Shown: positions 61,292 to 64,000 of the stretch, in pieces
Position numbering within the stretch: the first letter of the stretch is position 1
How the letters are laid out: the number at the start of each line of letters is the position of its first letter
NCBI GenBank assembly: GCA_964220215.1
Contig: CAXPTH010000021.1
Coordinates: forward strand, 926-64,925
Origin: Alteromonas sp.
GTDB lineage: Bacteria; Margulisbacteria; Marinamargulisbacteria; UBA6595
Direction: 5' to 3'
Length of the DNA: 64,000 bases
Position numbers and translations under genes: made by a program
Notes under the pieces: model-generated
What the model was told of the DNA's origin: nothing
Databases searched by the model: none
Seen by the model: only the letters and a program-made list of their open reading frames with translations

Positions 61292-64000
61292 TCAGCTGGC
61301 GTAAAACCTTTGGATGGACTGAACATCAAAGGATGACTGGGCGTCCACAACCGCTTGAACCAGCATAGCAAACCCTTCAATAGTGGATATAAAGGGAATC
61401 TGATGCTCCAAAACGGCTCGGCGCAAAATACGCTCATCCTCCACATGGTGATGCGCACTGGTATTGACCACCCAGTCAACCCGCTCATGCTCAACCAACG
61501 TCAAGGACGAGGTATCGTTTTGATCGGCAATTTTATGCACACACTCACTCGCAATCCCATGCGTATTTAAATAATCATGCGTGCCTTGTGTTGCATAAAT
61601 ACGCACACCCAACTGCACCAGTTGGTTCACGTACGGCAATATAAATGGCTTATCCCGATCATTCACCGTGACAAACACCGCTTTAGGCGTTGGATTTTCC
61701 AACGATAGCGTACTTTGACGCGTCGCGACCTGCGCTTTTAAAAACGCCTGCGATACCGTTTTATCAATACCCATCACCTCTCCGGTTGACTTCATTTCTG
61801 GGCTGAGCAAGGTATCGGTATCTGAAAACTTGTTAAACGGAAACACCGCTTCTTTGACCGTATAATAACTCGGGATCACTTCAGACAATCCCATCGACTG
61901 AATCATTTCTCCCAACATCACCCGCGTGGCATACTTGACCCAAGGGACCCCAGCCGCTTTGGCAATGAAGGGTACCGTGCGAGACGCCCGAGGGTTCACT
62001 TCCAATACATAAAGCTGGTCATCTTTAATGGCAAATTGGACATTCATTAAGCCCACAACACGCAACGCTTTTGCCAAGGCAATAGCCGCTGCACGCATGG
62101 TGTCTTGCATCGCTTCGGATATTGAAAACGGTGGAAATACACAGGTTGAGTCTCCAGAATGCACCCCCGCTGGTTCAACATGCTGCAAAATACCAATCAC
62201 AATAGCATCCGTGCCATCCCCAATACAGTCAACATCCGCCTCAATCGAGCGATCCAAATATTGGTCGATGAGGACCGGTTTATCCCGCATGGGCCCAGCC
62301 ATATAGTAGCGCATATACTCAATCAAATCCGATTCGGTATAAATTACCCGCATTGAGGTTCCCCCAATCACGTAAGACGGACGAACTAAAACTGGATACT
62401 GAACCGATTCAGCCGCTGCAATCGCTGCCTCCAACGACGACGCCATAGCACTGTTGGGTTGTTTTAACCCACACTGGTCCAAAAGCTGCTTGGTTCGTTC
62501 ACGATCTTCACACCAGTCAATGCTATCCGGCGATGTGCCCAAAATAGGGATGCCCGCCGCATGCAATTCCGATACCAAGTTTAATGGGGTTTGCCCACCC
62601 AATTGAACAATGACCCCTTTGGGTTTTTCAGCCTTGTAAATGGCCAACACATCCTCAACCGTGATTGGCTCAAAAAACAAGCGATCGGAACAGTCAAAAT
62701 CCGTTGATACTGTTTCCGGGTTGGAATTAACCATAATGCTGGTGTAGCCCGCTTCACGCACTGCAAACGATGCATGCACACAGCAGTAATCAAATTCAAT
62801 GCCCTGGCCAATGCGGTTGGGGCCACTGCCCAAAATCATCACGGATTCTTTTGAATTGTCTTGACGCTCATCGCAGGTTTCATAGGTTGAATAATAATAC
62901 GGAGTTTGCGCTTCAAACTCAGCCGCACAGGTATCGACCAAACTGTAGGTCGGCGTCACCCCAAAGACCTCGCGACGCTCCCGAATGGTATCCACAGACT
63001 CACCAGAAATTCGGGCCAATTGCACATCCGAAAACCCATTGCGTTTCGCCAATAGAAGACCCGCTTTTGACGTAACGTCCAGCGTTTTACCCAGGTGAAC
63101 AATGGCTTCAAACTGCCACAAAAACCACCGATCAATATGCGTGAGGGTGTGAATCCTATCCACGGACCAACCTTGAGCCAAGGCTGTATACACATCCAAC
63201 AACCGATGGGCATGGGGGATAGCCAATCGCTGGGTCAATGTTTGGTCATCCAAAGTTTGGGGTTCCTGATCAAACCCAAATCCAAAACGCCCCAATTCTA
63301 AGGACCGCAAGCCTTTTTGCAAAGCTTCTTTAAAGGTACGGCCAATTGCCATCGCCTCACCAACCGATTTCATGCTAGTGCCCAAACTAACGATCGCATT
63401 CTTGCTAAATTTTTGCGTATCAAATCGGGGCAATTTGATCACACAGTAATCAAGAGCCGGCTCAAAACAAGCCGGTGTGGTTTGGGTAATATCATTGGTT
63501 AATTCATCCAGCGTATACCCAACGGATAACTTGGCCGCTAGTTTGGCGATGGGAAACCCCGTCGCTTTCGAGGCCAACGCTGAGCTGCGTGATACCCGTG
63601 GATTCATTTCAATAACAATAATTCGCCCATCGGCTGGGTTTAAGGCAAATTGAACATTGGCACCACCGGTATTCACCCCAATTTCGCGCATAATATCAAT
63701 GGCTGCATTGCGCAAACGCTGGTAATCTTTATCGGTTAATGTTTGCGCCGGGGCTACCGTAATTGAATCCCCAGTATGCACACCCATGGCGTCAATGTTT
63801 TCAATTGAACACACAATCACAACATTATCACTGTGATCGCGCATGACTTCCAATTCAAATTCCTTCCAGCCCACAATGGACTCTTCAATTAACACTTCGG
63901 TCATAATGCTGTTGCGCAACCCACTGTCTACAATGGCACACAATTCCTCTGGATTTGCCGCAATACCCCCACCGGTCCCCCCCAAGGTAAATGCAGGACG
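61292..64000 (-). CDS. carB: Carbamoyl-phosphate synthase large subunit (N-terminus outside the window)
   Basis: Open to the window edge. Two ATP-grasp halves, an oligomerisation domain and a C-terminal MGS-like allosteric domain, with typical CarB blocks ([30 protein letters not shown]). Confidence 0.95.
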   Translation of the reverse strand, partial: RPAFTLGGTGGGIAANPEELCAIVDSGLRNSIMTEVLIEESIVGWKEFELEVMRDHSDNVVIVCSIENIDAMGVHTGDSITVAPAQTLTDKDYQRLRNAAIDIMREIGVNTGGANVQFALNPADGRIIVIEMNPRVSRSSALASKATGFPIAKLAAKLSVGYTLDELTNDITQTTPACFEPALDYCVIKLPRFDTQKFSKNAIVSLGTSMKSVGEAMAIGRTFKEALQKGLRSLELGRFGFGFDQEPQTLDDQTLTQRLAIPHAHRLLDVYTALAQGWSVDRIHTLTHIDRWFLWQFEAIVHLGKTLDVTSKAGLLLAKRNGFSDVQLARISGESVDTIRERREVFGVTPTYSLVDTCAAEFEAQTPYYYSTYETCDERQDNSKESVMILGSGPNRIGQGIEFDYCCVHASFAVREAGYTSIMVNSNPETVSTDFDCSDRLFFEPITVEDVLAIYKAEKPKGVIVQLGGQTPLNLVSELHAAGIPILGTSPDSIDWCEDRERTKQLLDQCGLKQPNSAMASSLEAAIAAAESVQYPVLVRPSYVIGGTSMRVIYTESDLIEYMRYYMAGPMRDKPVLIDQYLDRSIEADVDCIGDGTDAIVIGILQHVEPAGVHSGDSTCVFPPFSISEAMQDTMRAAAIALAKALRVVGLMNVQFAIKDDQLYVLEVNPRASRTVPFIAKAAGVPWVKYATRVMLGEMIQSMGLSEVIPSYYTVKEAVFPFNKFSDTDTLLSPEMKSTGEVMGIDKTVSQAFLKAQVATRQSTLSLENPTPKAVFVTVNDRDKPFILPYVNQLVQLGVRIYATQGTHDYLNTHGIASECVHKIADQNDTSSLTLVEHERVDWVVNTSAHHHVEDERILRRAVLEHQIPFISTIEGFAMLVQAVVDAQSSFDVQSIQRFYAS

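Overview
Dense chromosomal window, about half G+C by eye, from a diderm bacterium. I found no rRNA, tRNA or CRISPR array by eye. Most of the window is housekeeping: aspS, argS, proS, hisS, tilS, dnaE, ligA, rpsD, tpiA, carB, thiE, hisA and a superoxide dismutase (SOD). Envelope and transport genes include an RND-MFP-TolC efflux operon, a TonB-dependent receptor with exbB-exbD-tonB, and a PstS-like protein coupled to an SLH-domain protein. There are also Na/Pi, cation/H+ and alanine/cation transporters, SPOR and SLT proteins, and the edge of a polysaccharide cluster (GT1, manC, GT-like). The SLH domains and the N-terminally extended ThiE hint at a cyanobacteria-related non-photosynthetic or other deep-branching diderm lineage; this is speculation. 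Two accessory islands stand out. (1) 20.0-27.3 kb holds a compositionally foreign 2,295-codon ORF. It combines an Inc-like double hydrophobic hairpin, long coiled-coil repeat modules, an IQ-like motif, an embedded Walker A / DExH-like NTPase core and a histone-H1-like K/A/P tail. A G-rich 31-bp hairpin repeat array precedes it. This is my best candidate for an undescribed system, possibly a host-directed effector or motor. (2) 56.9-59.5 kb holds a DUF559 (Vsr-like) endonuclease cassette bracketed by 38-bp inverted repeats. It sits inside a six-unit, roughly 74-bp tandem array of terminator-like hairpins that each carry a 13-bp palindrome. Next to it lies a decayed type I restriction-modification (R-M) locus: a 58-codon hsdM stub coupled to an intact class III Fic. 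A second Fic copy at 299-618 has lost its catalytic core. Several housekeeping genes look atypical. The membrane pyrophosphatase (M-PPase) and PEP carboxylase (PEPC) homologues have degenerate catalytic motifs. ProRS lacks the INS editing domain. The alanine/cation symporter (AGCS) carries an insertion of about 150 aa. The conserved dnaE PHP motif lies upstream of any canonical start codon.
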